DNA of 64,000 bases from a plasmid, in sequence record NZ_CP067021.1; one strand, given 5' to 3'. Positions 38,189-50,100 of the stretch are shown here, one piece after another. A program made the translations under genes and the position numbers. Position 1 is the first letter of the stretch, and every line of letters begins with the position of its first letter. The notes beneath the pieces are model-generated. The model was not told the DNA's origin. It saw nothing but the letters and a program-made list of their open reading frames with translations, and made no database searches.

Positions 38189-38359
38189 TCGATCATCTCC
38201 AATGGGATTAATAAAAGGGCATACACATCAAATGTACAGCGACTCAATTATGACTATTTCATTACAACAGTTACTTAAAGGACTGCAGACTGTTTGACTT
38301 ATAAAACTGATACTTTCGCCACACTTTTAATTCAGAAATATCTAACTTGTTTCTAAATC

Positions 38360-38391
38360 AATATGGCTTTATCTGATTATAAAGCCATATT
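38360..38391. promoter_or_regulatory. Perfect 13-bp inverted repeat (AATATGGCTTTAT-n6-ATAAAGCCATATT) inside a 272-bp gap in the operon.
   Basis: Read directly from the sequence. No U-run follows on the transcribed (minus) strand. Confidence 0.4.
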
Positions 38392-38460
38392 GAAAGTTTA
38401 AATATTTAAAAATTATTTTTAGTATATACCTAAATCTAAGATTTAAAATGGATCTAACTT

Positions 38461-38892
38461 TTAACTGGCAAACTTTGTTGCTTTGGTTAAAAGGGTTAAG
38501 TCTTCATGGAATTGATTTTTTAAAAACCCATAGTTAAAAACGTAACTAATAAAGGTGAAAAACTCTAATTGGTTCGGTATTTTGTCTTCAAGAATACTGA
38601 CCTCTAATTGTAATGTTCCTGTTGCACGTTTCTTAGAATGAAACTTAAGACCATCAAATGTTTGACCGTAATAAGTTGATATTTCCAAGAAAACTAAACG
38701 GAAAAAATAAGGGAAGATTTGAGAAACAACACGCTCAGGATCATCAATTTGAGTTAAACGTCTACCGTTGTGATATTTAAACTTAATACCATCAGCCATA
38801 CTTTTTTCTACCAACAGGCGAATATAGGCATGACTACGAGTAATCATGCTTTTAAGTGGCGTTTTTGCTTCATGAATATTTTCGTATTGCAT
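38461..38892 (-). CDS. Hypothetical protein of 143 aa, starting 9 bp after the giant gene.
   Basis: ORF tightly coupled to the upstream giant ORF. Confidence 0.45.
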   Translation of the reverse strand: MQYENIHEAKTPLKSMITRSHAYIRLLVEKSMADGIKFKYHNGRRLTQIDDPERVVSQIFPYFFRLVFLEISTYYGQTFDGLKFHSKKRATGTLQLEVSILEDKIPNQLEFFTFISYVFNYGFLKNQFHEDLTLLTKATKFAS

Positions 38893-38901
38893 TTAGTTAT
38901 C

Positions 38902-41900
38902 TCACATCTCAAGTCTTAATTGGTCAGCTTCATTTTCTTTTTCAATCGAAACTTCAGCAATAATTTTTTGGGTATTTTCGTTTTGCAGATCTTGATCAAA
39001 TATTTCATTCACACAAGTTTCGACTAATTGTTCAGTCAAGTTTCTGCAGATCTCAAACTCTAAACCTTTAGGTTGTACGGTAGGGTAGCCGTCAATTAAA
39101 AATGAGTTTTTCATTTCATTTTCATTTGAAACTTTAGAGTACAAATAAGTCTCAAAATAACGGGCAAACATTTCGGTACTGGTCGCGTAATACGGCGTTG
39201 CACGATTTTCAGCACTGTCGATATTTAAACAATCCTTTTTATAACGCGATAGATTGTCACTAAAACGAATATCACCTACGTTTACTTCAACGTCTTGCGA
39301 CTTATCAAAGAAGTTTTGCATTAGAGTATGAGGATTTTTAACACCCTCAGGCATGTACTTCTCTACCAGGTTATAGAACTTGTATTTAGATGACTCTATC
39401 AAGTATTCAGATAGGTTTTGCGATAGTGTTTTTAAATCCACATTCGCTGCAGTCGCAACACCTGTAATTTTTTCTTCCAAACCGGTTGTAGGTAAATGAT
39501 GTTCTGGCTGGCGCATATCATTAAGTTTTTGCTGATAGCGCTCAAACGACTTAAAGCTTATAGCATTAATGTCAGTGTTAATTTTAGAGACAATGACATC
39601 CACCTTGTCTTGAACCGTACTGAAGAAAGATAGGTTTGTATCAGCTTTATATTCACGCTCATACTTCTTCAAGTACTCTTCAATTTTCTCAAACTGACGG
39701 CGAATGAGATCTTCATAGTGCTTTTGGTGCCAGTCAAAGAAGCTGCTTAAAGTTTTGCGCGTAGAATTAGGATAATTCTCTTTATTCTTAATCACTTCAT
39801 CATGCATTGAATCAGCAACAGTGTGGTACGCCTTGATTGCAGTCTCAGCATTCTCATAAAGTACTTGACCGTAATTTTTCATTGGCTGAACTGGCTCATT
39901 CATCATCGCACGATGTAACTTTTCAAAAGCACGACCGGACTCAGTAACAGGGGAGTATCCAGCATCCAACATATTTGATAAGAAGTGTCGTGCACCTGGT
40001 ATCTCAAAATTAGGGATGTCTTCATAATAGTCCTGAAGTACAGAACGATTCATTTGAGCGTGATTTTTATATACTTCCGCTTTTTCCAACATCCCCAAGT
40101 GTGCATCTAGCGCATGGCCATACTCATGAGCCAAACTTCCAGATCCGCTATCACGAGTTAAGTTAACCACGTTCTTAGACAGCTCAAAATGCGCTGCAGA
40201 TCCTTTAATTCCGCGTGAAGCCAAAGCAACACCCAAGTTCAATAAACCATTGTTTGATTTAAAGCCCATGAGTTGTTTTAAGTCAGCCAATGAGTCATAC
40301 ACGGCATTAACCAACTGTTGAGCCACAGGACTAACTTTATTGCCTACTTCAACACCACGGATAGAAAAGTCATCTTTAAGCTTGAATGAATCCACATCGG
40401 CACCTTGGCGATGATCAGGACCAGTACGAGAGTAATTTAACAATCCGTAAATGCTTGATTGGACTTTTTCAGTCACAAAGCCATTTTCAAGTTTTTTCAC
40501 TTCACTGGTAAATGACGGCAAACGTGGTGCTTTAGGTGTATTCACAGCTTCAGTCGTTGCTTCTATAACTGGTGCAACAGGATCTTTAACATAAATAGGT
40601 GCAGATTCAGCTTTAACTAAACCACTTTCAATCGCACTTTTCAGAACGTATGGTTCAAGCACAGTTGAATATAAGCCAGTACGTTGCATGTTGCTGATCG
40701 CATCGCTCACATCTTTAGTGACTTTCGACTTACCGTAAAAATCAAAGATCTTACCTGTTGATAGAATCTCACTAAGTTCTTTATCAATCGTTTTTTCGAT
40801 GATTTTCTCAAGCTGAACACTGATACCGCCTGTATGTTCTGGCATAATGTAGTACTCATTCAAATTGCTAAGCAATTCGAAGTAGTTTTTGTAGTTGTTC
40901 TTGGTACCTTTACTATAAAGCCCGATATAGTCTTTACGTTGGCGATCAGTCATACCAAGACTTTCAGCAGATAAGCTTTTATTGTTTCTTACCGCATGAA
41001 TCAACTCTTCTTGAGTATCTACCATCAAATTTCTGATGTTAGAAACAACAGCCACATACGCACGTAATTCTGTCGCACGTTGGCTATCAAGCATCAACGC
41101 ATTTTTAGAGAATAACGGTTTAGTTGGGCAGTAGTCATACATTGCCTTTACGAATATTTTGTCATCAATACCGAGTGGCGTATTGGTGTACCAAGCTTGG
41201 AATTCTTTATTTGCAACGATTTTTGCTTTTCGATAGTCCGTAGCTGTTTGATCGGCTGATGTCGCTGAAATATATTCCAATGAAATATATTCACCGTAGC
41301 GATCTTTATGTGCACCGCCAAACTTGGCACCTACATCACCTAAGTACGTAGCAGGGGAGTCACTTGGCTCTACCTTTACATCAACAGGCACATATTTGTC
41401 TTTTGGTACCAATTGATCGATAAACGTGAAGTCAGTAAACACACGGTTTTGAAGTTGTAAGACATCTTCAACTGAGCGCATACTTTTAACAGGAAAAACG
41501 CACAGAGACTTGTAATCACCGTGAATATCGGCTTTATCACCAAAAAGTTTAACCGATGCATATTCATTGTCGGTCGATGGCTTGATGGCCAAGAACAATT
41601 TGTGATTTTCAGTTTTGATATACGGCTTTATGTGTGCAGTTTGATCGTATAGAGCACCAAGCGTATTCGTAATCAAAGTTTGGAAATGCAAACTTGCTAA
41701 CTGTTTATTCTCAAAGTCAGTTTTGTGTTTAATCTGAATTTCAGGCAAGTCAGATAGTGCTAATTGCTCTAAAGTGGTACCGAAATTAACCTTAGATTCG
41801 ATAGCATTTAAGATTTCGTGACTAAACTGGTCTACATCATCAAAACCAGTAATCAATTGATACTGATAGTCATGAGACGGTATACGAAGAAGCACGGCAG

Positions 41901-44900
41901 TCAATTGAGGCTCATAGTCCGTATCAACCATAAACAATTGAGGTGTTTCATCTTGTTGAGATGATTTGTTTAGCAACTTGTATTGGTGAACTTTAGGGTT
42001 GGAACCTACAAAATGCTCAGCATAAGCCTGTTTAACCGTATCTTGTAATGCTTTGACATGCTCAAGCATGACGGCATTGACTTCATTTAAAGCGGTTAAG
42101 GTTTTATATTTTTCTGCAAACGCCTCATTCACGGCGATCTGCTCTAACATAAATCTAGGCTGAATATCCTCAAGTTCTGGATTACCTACACGGTTTAATA
42201 CAACACTAAATTTGAGCTTATTAATAAATGGATCAGGTTCACCATTGATACCATTGCTAAAAAGTTCTTTAAGATCGCTTTTCTGAAGTTTAGAGTTCAC
42301 CAAATCAAACGGGTGAACTTCTTCAAATGCCTGAACATCAAAAACTTTGGTTAAGTTTTTAGGCATGATTGCTGTCTGGCCATCTACATGAGCGATAACA
42401 TAGGTGTACGCTGGAGAGATGTTGCTCAGAAGCTCAGTGACTTCACTCGGTTTTTTATCGTAGCTAAGATCCTCAAACTTTTCGTATGTTGCAGAATTAA
42501 GATTGCTGATGAAATCTAATTTAGAGTTGAAATTAGATGGATGATCAGAAATGTACTGGAACATCTTGTTTGGTAAAGACGTAAACACTTTATTGATTAA
42601 AGTTTGCTGACTGTCTTTAGCTTTGAAGAAGTTGAGATCTGACTCGTAATATTTTTCAAAAGTGAACTTAGCTGGAGGCATAAACGTCATGCTGTTGCGT
42701 GAAGTCGATAACTTAAACAAAGCATTCGCAGACGTTTTAACCGCATCTCTATCATTAAAGCCAGTAGCCTTATGCATATTGGCATCTAGGGAAACTGAAT
42801 GCCCAATAAACGGCGCATTTTTGTCTTTATGATTGTAGAGGCGTATATACTGAAGATCATTCTTTTGAAACACGGTGATAAACAAATCATGATCAGGGAT
42901 CTTGATTGCGCCGTGGTGATCTTCATAGTGCTTTACAGCATTTTCTAGCTGAGTGTTAAAGTATTCAGATTCACTATTGAACTGTACGTTCTCTTCTTCA
43001 GCTGATAGCGAAAAATATTTAACGTTATTCTGAAAAGCTACATTAGGTTTGAGAAGATCCTTAATCACCTCAAATTCTTTTTGTACTTCAACATCAAATT
43101 TGCCAAAAACTGTACGCTGATTAATATCAATCAGGTTCAGATAGTTGAATAGCTGAATGTTGTTGTAGTTGTGGTTCGGTAGGGCAGTTTTGTTTAACTG
43201 GAGCTTACCATCTTCTAACTGCATGCTTTGGACTTGCTTTAAGTCATCTGCAGTCAGCTCTACACCAAAGACTTTCTTAGTTTCTTGTTTGAGCTCTTTA
43301 TCTTCACCAGCAATCACTAAGGCAGCTATTTTTTGTGCCTTGTCATAATCGCCATCTTCTAGATATAGGGTTTTCTCAACAAAATACTTGGCAATGTTCG
43401 CATACGCTTGATTTGTTGCTTTGTAGCCATCGGTAGACAATGAAAAATGTTTGTTTTCATCAAATTCATTTGATTTAACGGTTTTAACTTTTAAATCGTC
43501 AATGTCACCCGTTGGTTTAATCTGAACATAGATTTCATCTGCAGCGAGATCCATATTCGAGACAAATAAGGTCGAATTTTTAGAATAAAACTGACGTTCG
43601 ATACTCGACAACAGATCCTTTGCATCTTTGCGGTCTTCTTCCATGTCAGACTGCATATCTTCAGCAATCGACTTGATGTTTTCGCCACGTTCATCCTTTG
43701 TGATAAATGACCAGTCTTGTTGCGGATATTTGGCTGTTAATGCCTTTTGGAAGCTTTGAACCTCAACAAAGCGATTGAACTGACGGTCCAGACTAAACCC
43801 ATCTGTATGTGATGAAGTTTTAGCAAAAATATCCTCAGGAACAGAATCAGATTTAGTCTTACGATTGAAGTTTTCACTTGCATTTGGCACCAATAAATTA
43901 CGGAATAAAATCTCATTTACACCGTTCTTTAAGAATGACGCACTTTTAGTTTGTGATAGAGATTGTTTTAAAAATGCTTCATCAAAGTTTGATTCATCAA
44001 GAAGCCGAGTAAACTCTTCAAAATACGCTGAAGCTAATTTATCGTTATTAGCAAGATCAGCCGTGCACAGATCGCTTAACTCTAAACGCTGTGCATCTTG
44101 CTCTAGCGATAACGGCGCAGAAAAATCACCAGCAACAAAATCATTGATATTTTGCTCAACATAACTGTTCGTGCGTGACATCAACATATCAACTGCAGTT
44201 TCATTATTCACAAATTCCTGAAGCTCAGGCGTGTTAATTGAAACCAATTGATTGTCGAATTGCTTAGACAGTAATTTGAACAGATCCGCTTTGTGTTGAT
44301 TGCTTTCTACTTCAGATTCAAAACCTACAAATTTGCCGTTTTCATCTTTAGCGTAGTAGAAGCTGTTTTTATTAAACAAAAAGGTATTTGTTGCAGACGT
44401 AATGCCAGATACCAAAGTTTCACTTTGCCATAAGACTTTTTTAACTTCATTGTACTGTTTTGAGATCTCAACATTGTGTGTGTCGATTTCGTCAGAGATC
44501 GCTTGAATATCATCTACGCTGAATCTTTTTGTTTGTGTAGCTGAGCGCACGACATCTTGAATTTCAGCATATTTCTGATTTAGATAATCACTATATTGCT
44601 TCTCAATTTGTTGAGCTTGTTCAGTAGCCTTAGGAATGACATAGACATCCAAAATCTGTCTAATTTCAAGCATAGACGGCGCGAAATCACGCACCTTGTC
44701 ATTGCCTCTTGCATCCAATAATTCTTCAGGAAACTTTAAGAGCTCTTTAAGTACGGCAACATCATCAATTTCTGGAGTAGGGAGGTCATTTGCAATGTTG
44801 AGTAGATCAGACTCAGTAATAGATGCCTTCTCAGTTGCCTCAAAATTAACATCAAGATTATTCAAGATCTCGTTAACATTTGATTCATTGAGTTGTTCTT

Positions 44901-46158
44901 CTAGTTTACGCTGTTTGATTTCAGCAGATTGGTGATCATAGAACGCATTAAACTTAGGAACGATGTTTACAGAGAATTCAGAGAACTCTTGGCTCAGATC
45001 GGCAAAGAAAACTTTACCTGTTGGCATCTGGCGTACCATTTGTTGTAAGACATCATGGCGAAGCATGGCAGCGTCATACACCATCTTATCTACAAGGCGT
45101 GTTTCAATACCTTGTTTAGACGCCATCCATGTGCCGTGTTCATCTTTATAAAAAGCTGGAATACCTTGTTTAGCTGATTCTAATAGCTTTGGATACGGCA
45201 ATTGCTGTTGATTAAACACACGGTCTATCACAACAAGATCAGAAGCTAATTTTTGTACATAAGCATCAACATCTTTAAAGCTCATGTTAAACATTCTGTT
45301 GCCACGGCCATGCTCAATCAGCTGATTAAAAGTGGACTCGTATTCATGAGCAAAATGCACCAGGTTAATATTGTCATTTAACCCCAATGCTTCATACGGA
45401 TCATGAGCAAAGATTTCAGGAATATGGCGCAAGTCATCAATAATCAGTAACGAACCATCTTTTTCGTAATTGACGGGTACTGCAAATGGAGACAACTTAA
45501 TTTTGGCTAGATTATCTAGACTTTCGCCACTGGCCATCGCCGATTCTTCATCTAGATAGACTTTAGAGAAGATATTTTCATAGCCATAATCTTGAAGACG
45601 ATTAAAAGGAATTTTTGAAGACTGAAATTGAGCCAAGTAGGATTTGTTCGATTCCTGAAGACTGGTTTTCAGCGTATCAAGGATATTAGATCCATTGTTT
45701 AGCTTACTGACATACACTTCAGGGAAAGCAGAAAGGCGTTCGGTCGCTGATGCGAAGTAACTTTTCCAGTTCGGAATGTTCTTCTTAAACGGTAGATTGG
45801 TGAGATAAATATCTTCTTGCTTAGTCGGTACTTTCATATCGTTGGTAAACGCTGGAAAGACCTTCTGAAGATCGTTTAGATCGATACCAGACTTTGCCGG
45901 GTTCTTATAGTAGTACGCATGAATACCATCATCATTTTGCACTTCATAAAAATGGGCATCCATTAACACTTGTTTAAATTGCTTAGAACTGTTTTGTTCA
46001 ATAGATTTTTTGAATTGCTCAAATTCATTAACAACAAGCATCGCCGTTTTTGGGCGAAAATTGTTGGCTGGCGATACTACAAGACGCGCACCAAGACCAG
46101 TTAAATTAGGCCATTTAACTTCATTCACTTTATAGTCTCCTACTTGGTCACATAGCAT
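38902..46158 (-). CDS. Giant protein of 2418 aa with a zincin-like HExxH metallopeptidase motif (paralog 1). It resembles the polyvalent or cargo proteins of conjugative elements.
   Basis: Uninterrupted 7.26-kb ORF. HEYGHALDAH sits in the context GVALASRG...NLTRDSGSGSLAHEYGH. The N-terminus and this block are shared with the 2428-aa neighbour. Confidence 0.7.
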   Translation of the reverse strand: MLCDQVGDYKVNEVKWPNLTGLGARLVVSPANNFRPKTAMLVVNEFEQFKKSIEQNSSKQFKQVLMDAHFYEVQNDDGIHAYYYKNPAKSGIDLNDLQKVFPAFTNDMKVPTKQEDIYLTNLPFKKNIPNWKSYFASATERLSAFPEVYVSKLNNGSNILDTLKTSLQESNKSYLAQFQSSKIPFNRLQDYGYENIFSKVYLDEESAMASGESLDNLAKIKLSPFAVPVNYEKDGSLLIIDDLRHIPEIFAHDPYEALGLNDNINLVHFAHEYESTFNQLIEHGRGNRMFNMSFKDVDAYVQKLASDLVVIDRVFNQQQLPYPKLLESAKQGIPAFYKDEHGTWMASKQGIETRLVDKMVYDAAMLRHDVLQQMVRQMPTGKVFFADLSQEFSEFSVNIVPKFNAFYDHQSAEIKQRKLEEQLNESNVNEILNNLDVNFEATEKASITESDLLNIANDLPTPEIDDVAVLKELLKFPEELLDARGNDKVRDFAPSMLEIRQILDVYVIPKATEQAQQIEKQYSDYLNQKYAEIQDVVRSATQTKRFSVDDIQAISDEIDTHNVEISKQYNEVKKVLWQSETLVSGITSATNTFLFNKNSFYYAKDENGKFVGFESEVESNQHKADLFKLLSKQFDNQLVSINTPELQEFVNNETAVDMLMSRTNSYVEQNINDFVAGDFSAPLSLEQDAQRLELSDLCTADLANNDKLASAYFEEFTRLLDESNFDEAFLKQSLSQTKSASFLKNGVNEILFRNLLVPNASENFNRKTKSDSVPEDIFAKTSSHTDGFSLDRQFNRFVEVQSFQKALTAKYPQQDWSFITKDERGENIKSIAEDMQSDMEEDRKDAKDLLSSIERQFYSKNSTLFVSNMDLAADEIYVQIKPTGDIDDLKVKTVKSNEFDENKHFSLSTDGYKATNQAYANIAKYFVEKTLYLEDGDYDKAQKIAALVIAGEDKELKQETKKVFGVELTADDLKQVQSMQLEDGKLQLNKTALPNHNYNNIQLFNYLNLIDINQRTVFGKFDVEVQKEFEVIKDLLKPNVAFQNNVKYFSLSAEEENVQFNSESEYFNTQLENAVKHYEDHHGAIKIPDHDLFITVFQKNDLQYIRLYNHKDKNAPFIGHSVSLDANMHKATGFNDRDAVKTSANALFKLSTSRNSMTFMPPAKFTFEKYYESDLNFFKAKDSQQTLINKVFTSLPNKMFQYISDHPSNFNSKLDFISNLNSATYEKFEDLSYDKKPSEVTELLSNISPAYTYVIAHVDGQTAIMPKNLTKVFDVQAFEEVHPFDLVNSKLQKSDLKELFSNGINGEPDPFINKLKFSVVLNRVGNPELEDIQPRFMLEQIAVNEAFAEKYKTLTALNEVNAVMLEHVKALQDTVKQAYAEHFVGSNPKVHQYKLLNKSSQQDETPQLFMVDTDYEPQLTAVLLRIPSHDYQYQLITGFDDVDQFSHEILNAIESKVNFGTTLEQLALSDLPEIQIKHKTDFENKQLASLHFQTLITNTLGALYDQTAHIKPYIKTENHKLFLAIKPSTDNEYASVKLFGDKADIHGDYKSLCVFPVKSMRSVEDVLQLQNRVFTDFTFIDQLVPKDKYVPVDVKVEPSDSPATYLGDVGAKFGGAHKDRYGEYISLEYISATSADQTATDYRKAKIVANKEFQAWYTNTPLGIDDKIFVKAMYDYCPTKPLFSKNALMLDSQRATELRAYVAVVSNIRNLMVDTQEELIHAVRNNKSLSAESLGMTDRQRKDYIGLYSKGTKNNYKNYFELLSNLNEYYIMPEHTGGISVQLEKIIEKTIDKELSEILSTGKIFDFYGKSKVTKDVSDAISNMQRTGLYSTVLEPYVLKSAIESGLVKAESAPIYVKDPVAPVIEATTEAVNTPKAPRLPSFTSEVKKLENGFVTEKVQSSIYGLLNYSRTGPDHRQGADVDSFKLKDDFSIRGVEVGNKVSPVAQQLVNAVYDSLADLKQLMGFKSNNGLLNLGVALASRGIKGSAAHFELSKNVVNLTRDSGSGSLAHEYGHALDAHLGMLEKAEVYKNHAQMNRSVLQDYYEDIPNFEIPGARHFLSNMLDAGYSPVTESGRAFEKLHRAMMNEPVQPMKNYGQVLYENAETAIKAYHTVADSMHDEVIKNKENYPNSTRKTLSSFFDWHQKHYEDLIRRQFEKIEEYLKKYEREYKADTNLSFFSTVQDKVDVIVSKINTDINAISFKSFERYQQKLNDMRQPEHHLPTTGLEEKITGVATAANVDLKTLSQNLSEYLIESSKYKFYNLVEKYMPEGVKNPHTLMQNFFDKSQDVEVNVGDIRFSDNLSRYKKDCLNIDSAENRATPYYATSTEMFARYFETYLYSKVSNENEMKNSFLIDGYPTVQPKGLEFEICRNLTEQLVETCVNEIFDQDLQNENTQKIIAEVSIEKENEADQLRLEM

Positions 46159-46329
46159 GATCCAAGACTTTAAAACGACTCTTACGAGTACTTATATGTG
46201 CTTATATTAAACTAAAAAATTAACTTTGAGGGAGGGTTTAGGCGTTATTCTTTAAAATAGTATATACCGAGTAAATAGCACTGTTTAAATACCTATCATT
46301 TTTAATAAAACCATCTAAAACCGTGCACT

Positions 46330-46363
46330 ATTCTTTCTTTTTTTATAAATAAAAATGCCACCG
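46330..46363 (-). terminator. Intrinsic terminator after the 225-aa gene (ATGYCACC-gtata-GGTGRCAT plus a U-run on the minus strand).
   Basis: Imperfect 8-bp stem followed by TTTTTATTTATAAAAAAAG on the minus-strand reading. Confidence 0.45.
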
Positions 46364-46393
46364 TATAGGTGACATCTTGCTTAAAGCTGATGG

Positions 46394-47071
46394 TTACATT
46401 TTAACAAATTCGTTTTTAGCGAGTTCGTCTGGTTGGGTGCCATCTTCTACACCTACAATAATTCCAGTACCACGAATAAAGTAGCCACTATTATTCGGAT
46501 ATTGGACCAAGGTAACATTATGCTCAAGGTTACTTTCTAAAAAGGTAGTGCCGTATCCCCAAAACTTATTTAATCCTTGCCATGGAGCATCCTTAATATA
46601 ATTGTTTTGGGCATATTGAATGGTGTATTGACCAATTGGAAGAGATATATTGACAGTTTGCTTTTTGGGTACCTGAACAACGGCTCGTAACCTTTTAGTG
46701 GCCTTATCTCGAATGATAAACACAGTATCAACATTTTGAGATTCCATTGAAACAGGACCAAAATGTTGTGTGTTTTCCATACTGGAAACATTAATCACTT
46801 CTTTTTTAAATGGCATGGCTGCACTATTGGCTACCATTTTTTGATGTTCAGCATAGTCTTTTGCCATTTGTAGACCGTTTTCAGGTTCATTCGGTTGGCC
46901 TGGATTGGCTGACTCTACTGATTGAGCTTGTTTCGATATTGCCCGTGTAGCACTTTGAGCAAAGAGATCGACCAATCCGAAATGATTAGCCACAGATATA
47001 ATTGCAACTGCTAGACCAAAACCAGCAAATTGCTTTGGAATTGCTATTGCCATAGTGCCTCCTGATTCCAT
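46394..47071 (-). CDS. Secreted or membrane-anchored protein of about 219-225 aa, between the two giant genes.
   Basis: N-terminal hydrophobic signal (MAIAIPKQFAGFGLAVAIISVANHFG). Confidence 0.5.
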   Translation of the reverse strand: MESGGTMAIAIPKQFAGFGLAVAIISVANHFGLVDLFAQSATRAISKQAQSVESANPGQPNEPENGLQMAKDYAEHQKMVANSAAMPFKKEVINVSSMENTQHFGPVSMESQNVDTVFIIRDKATKRLRAVVQVPKKQTVNISLPIGQYTIQYAQNNYIKDAPWQGLNKFWGYGTTFLESNLEHNVTLVQYPNNSGYFIRGTGIIVGVEDGTQPDELAKNEFVKM

Positions 47072-47136
47072 TTATAAGATTTAAATAAAAAAAAGATGCC
47101 ACCCACAGGGGATAGCATCCAAGATCTCAAAATTGC

Positions 47137-50100
47137 TTATAGTGCCAATTCAGGATCGCTATTCTTTTGTTTGCTTAATTCTGGATCTGCTTGTACTTCA
47201 ATGTTGGTCATGAGCTTAGTCCAATATTCATCGTATTCAGCTTGTGACATCTCATTAATGACTTCATTCCATTTAACTAGGTTCTCATGTTGATCTGTAC
47301 CCGGTTGGAAGAAGTGCATTGCATTTCTGACATACTGCTGATGATCAGCAAAACGCAGTTCAGCAATATTTTCCTGAATATAGTCCAGGCCTTTCACCGT
47401 AAATTCGCGAATCTCCTTCATGATTGCATCTTTTTCTATACCATGCGGTTGAGTTACAGAAGATGAACCACCTTCAGGACATGGGTAAACAAGCCAATCA
47501 TTACGCAAGTTCATTTCTGCTAAGGTCACTTGTAAGTACTGCTCACCACTACGGGCAAACATTTCATGTGCGGTCGTCCAATACGGCTTCTTAGCACTTG
47601 TTAAGCCCTCTAATACCATCGCATTTTTGTAGAAATCAGTTTTTAGCTGAGATTGATTAGTTGATGTTAAGCGATCGTTCGTCTGTAAGCTTAAAGAAAT
47701 TAACTTTAAGTGTTCATCTGACAATGGTTTAGGGCTGTTTTCTTTGATGAAGTCGAGTGCACATATCGCAAACTGACTACGCAACATTTGTCGATAATCA
47801 CGGAATACAACTGATCTAAAGACTGTACTGTTCGCTGCACCAAGTACTTGCGCTGCAAAGACACGATCATGATCAATTTCAGAACGAGATTGCGAGATAT
47901 ATTTGTTGAGCTCAGTCCGTGGGATTGGATACTCATTTTCAGACAAGAACTTATGCAAGCCTTGGGCAACGTGCATATAACGTCTATGTTGTATGGCGTC
48001 CTTTTGGAAAAGTTCAGGATCTTCATGACGATTAGCGAAGTTAATCAATGAAGATAGTTCAGTATGCAACTTGCCACGTTCCGCAATAAACGTATTAATT
48101 TTCTCTTTTATGCTGTCTCTATCTGGCGTAAACAAATCAACAATGTCAGGTTGATCTACCAATGTTTTATCCAAAATCGTTTTGATGCTGGTTTCATAAA
48201 ACTTGACTTGATTCTCAAGATTCGTGCGAAGTACTTCTATCGAGTCATCCTTTTTCATTGGCAAGTAATACATCGCTTGATTTACTTTGGCTGCAGCTTG
48301 CAACAAATCTTGGTTAATGTTGGCATACTTCTCAGACTTAATGTTATTCAATTCTGCAAAACGAGTTAGATAAGGCTGTACGTTTTCCATCATCATTTTT
48401 GGTTGATTGCGTGTCATCGCACTAAAAATGAGATGGTCATAGGCATGGAAAAATTCATGACCAAACGAGCCAAAACCTGAATTCTTGGTTAAGTTAATCA
48501 CACGGTTAGATGGCTCATAATGTGCCATCGCAGCGGAACGTCCACGCGAACCAAAAGCAACACCCAACATACCGTTAAAGCCAACAAATTTCGGATCTAT
48601 ATCAAGTGCCTTAGCAAGAGCGAAACAACCGTCATATGCGTTATTTAACGCGATTTGACGGTCGCTCTGGTTCAAGTACTCGCCAAACTCTACGGCTTTA
48701 AATCCAAAGGTCGCTTGCAAGGTATGTGCTGTAACATCTTGGCCATTACGTGAAGCAATGTTTTCCGTCACAACCACATCACTGAGCTTGAATGCCTTAC
48801 GCATAGTACGAGGCTTAGCATACTCTTTGAATAGGGCATCTAAGGTACTCGCCGTGTCATCTACAATGTGCGATACATTCTTTTCAGATAACGAGACTTC
48901 TTGAGTATCATCATTCTCTGCAGTTGCGTCTTTGGTTTTTTTAGCAGTTAACAGATCCATGACCTGTTCAGATAGACCAGCATCAGATCTGCTAAATAGC
49001 GTACTCGAATCTATAATGTTGCCACTTCTAAAAGTAACAGTCGCTTTTACTTTGTCTTGGAACGGTTTGGCATCAATCGCACTACGTATTTTTTTATAGA
49101 TAGAGTAGGTGCCTTTAACTGGCGGTAACTCTTTCCTTAAATGATGAAGTGCTTCAGTGAGCGTTTTACGTGCTTCACTACTATCGGTTTTCGCCAATTC
49201 AGAACTAATAATCATGTCAGTGGCAGCATATTCAGCATAGCTTTCTACCAATGAAAATAATGACCGATCTAATGATTTAAACGCCGTGAACAGATCTTTG
49301 TCTTCATTCAAACGAACGTATAAATCACATGCATTAGGAATAAATTCACGAACTGTTTTTGCTTCCATTAATGCATCACGCATACTTAAAACAGCGTCAT
49401 AGTATCCAGCACCTACTTTTTTAAACTGTTCTTCAGTGGCATTTTCAAGCGGATAACGTGGCTGATCATTCGTCATCTTACGTACAGCGTCAGTCAGCAA
49501 GTGAATGTAAATATCTCGACCAGCTTCTTTTGCTTGTAAAACCGATTCCTTTTTCCAAATTTTGTCACGCGTAATTAGGTTTTTGACTTGCAAAAGCGAC
49601 ATATCTTGAATCTGACTGAGCGATAAACGTGGACCATACAGATCCTTTTTCGCACCAGGCATTTTCATACCCGTATCTTCAATAAGTCCAACTTCAGAAC
49701 GTGGCTCAGTGGCTTTCGGTTTGGTTGTTTTTGGCTCTTTTGGTGCTTCAGCTTCAGGCTTACCCTCAGACTCAAACAGTGATGTTTGTTCTGGAGCAAC
49801 TGGCTCAGTCGGCTCTACAACTTCTACCGTTGTTTCCTGTACTTCTGGTTCAGTAGGCTTTTGAACTTCAGGCTCAGTTACGGTCGGTTCTTCAACCAAT
49901 GGTTCTTGGGCAACTTCTACAACAGGTGCGCTTTGAACCATATGTTCAGGTTTATATACTTGATCGCGAGACTTAAATAATTCTGCTTTTTTGAATGATT
50001 TTGCAAAATCAGTAATTAAGAAGTTCTTAGAGTTCGGGTGCTTTGGCGTAGGAAGAATTTTATAGCCTTGATCAACAAATTGCTGATGTTCGGCATTATT

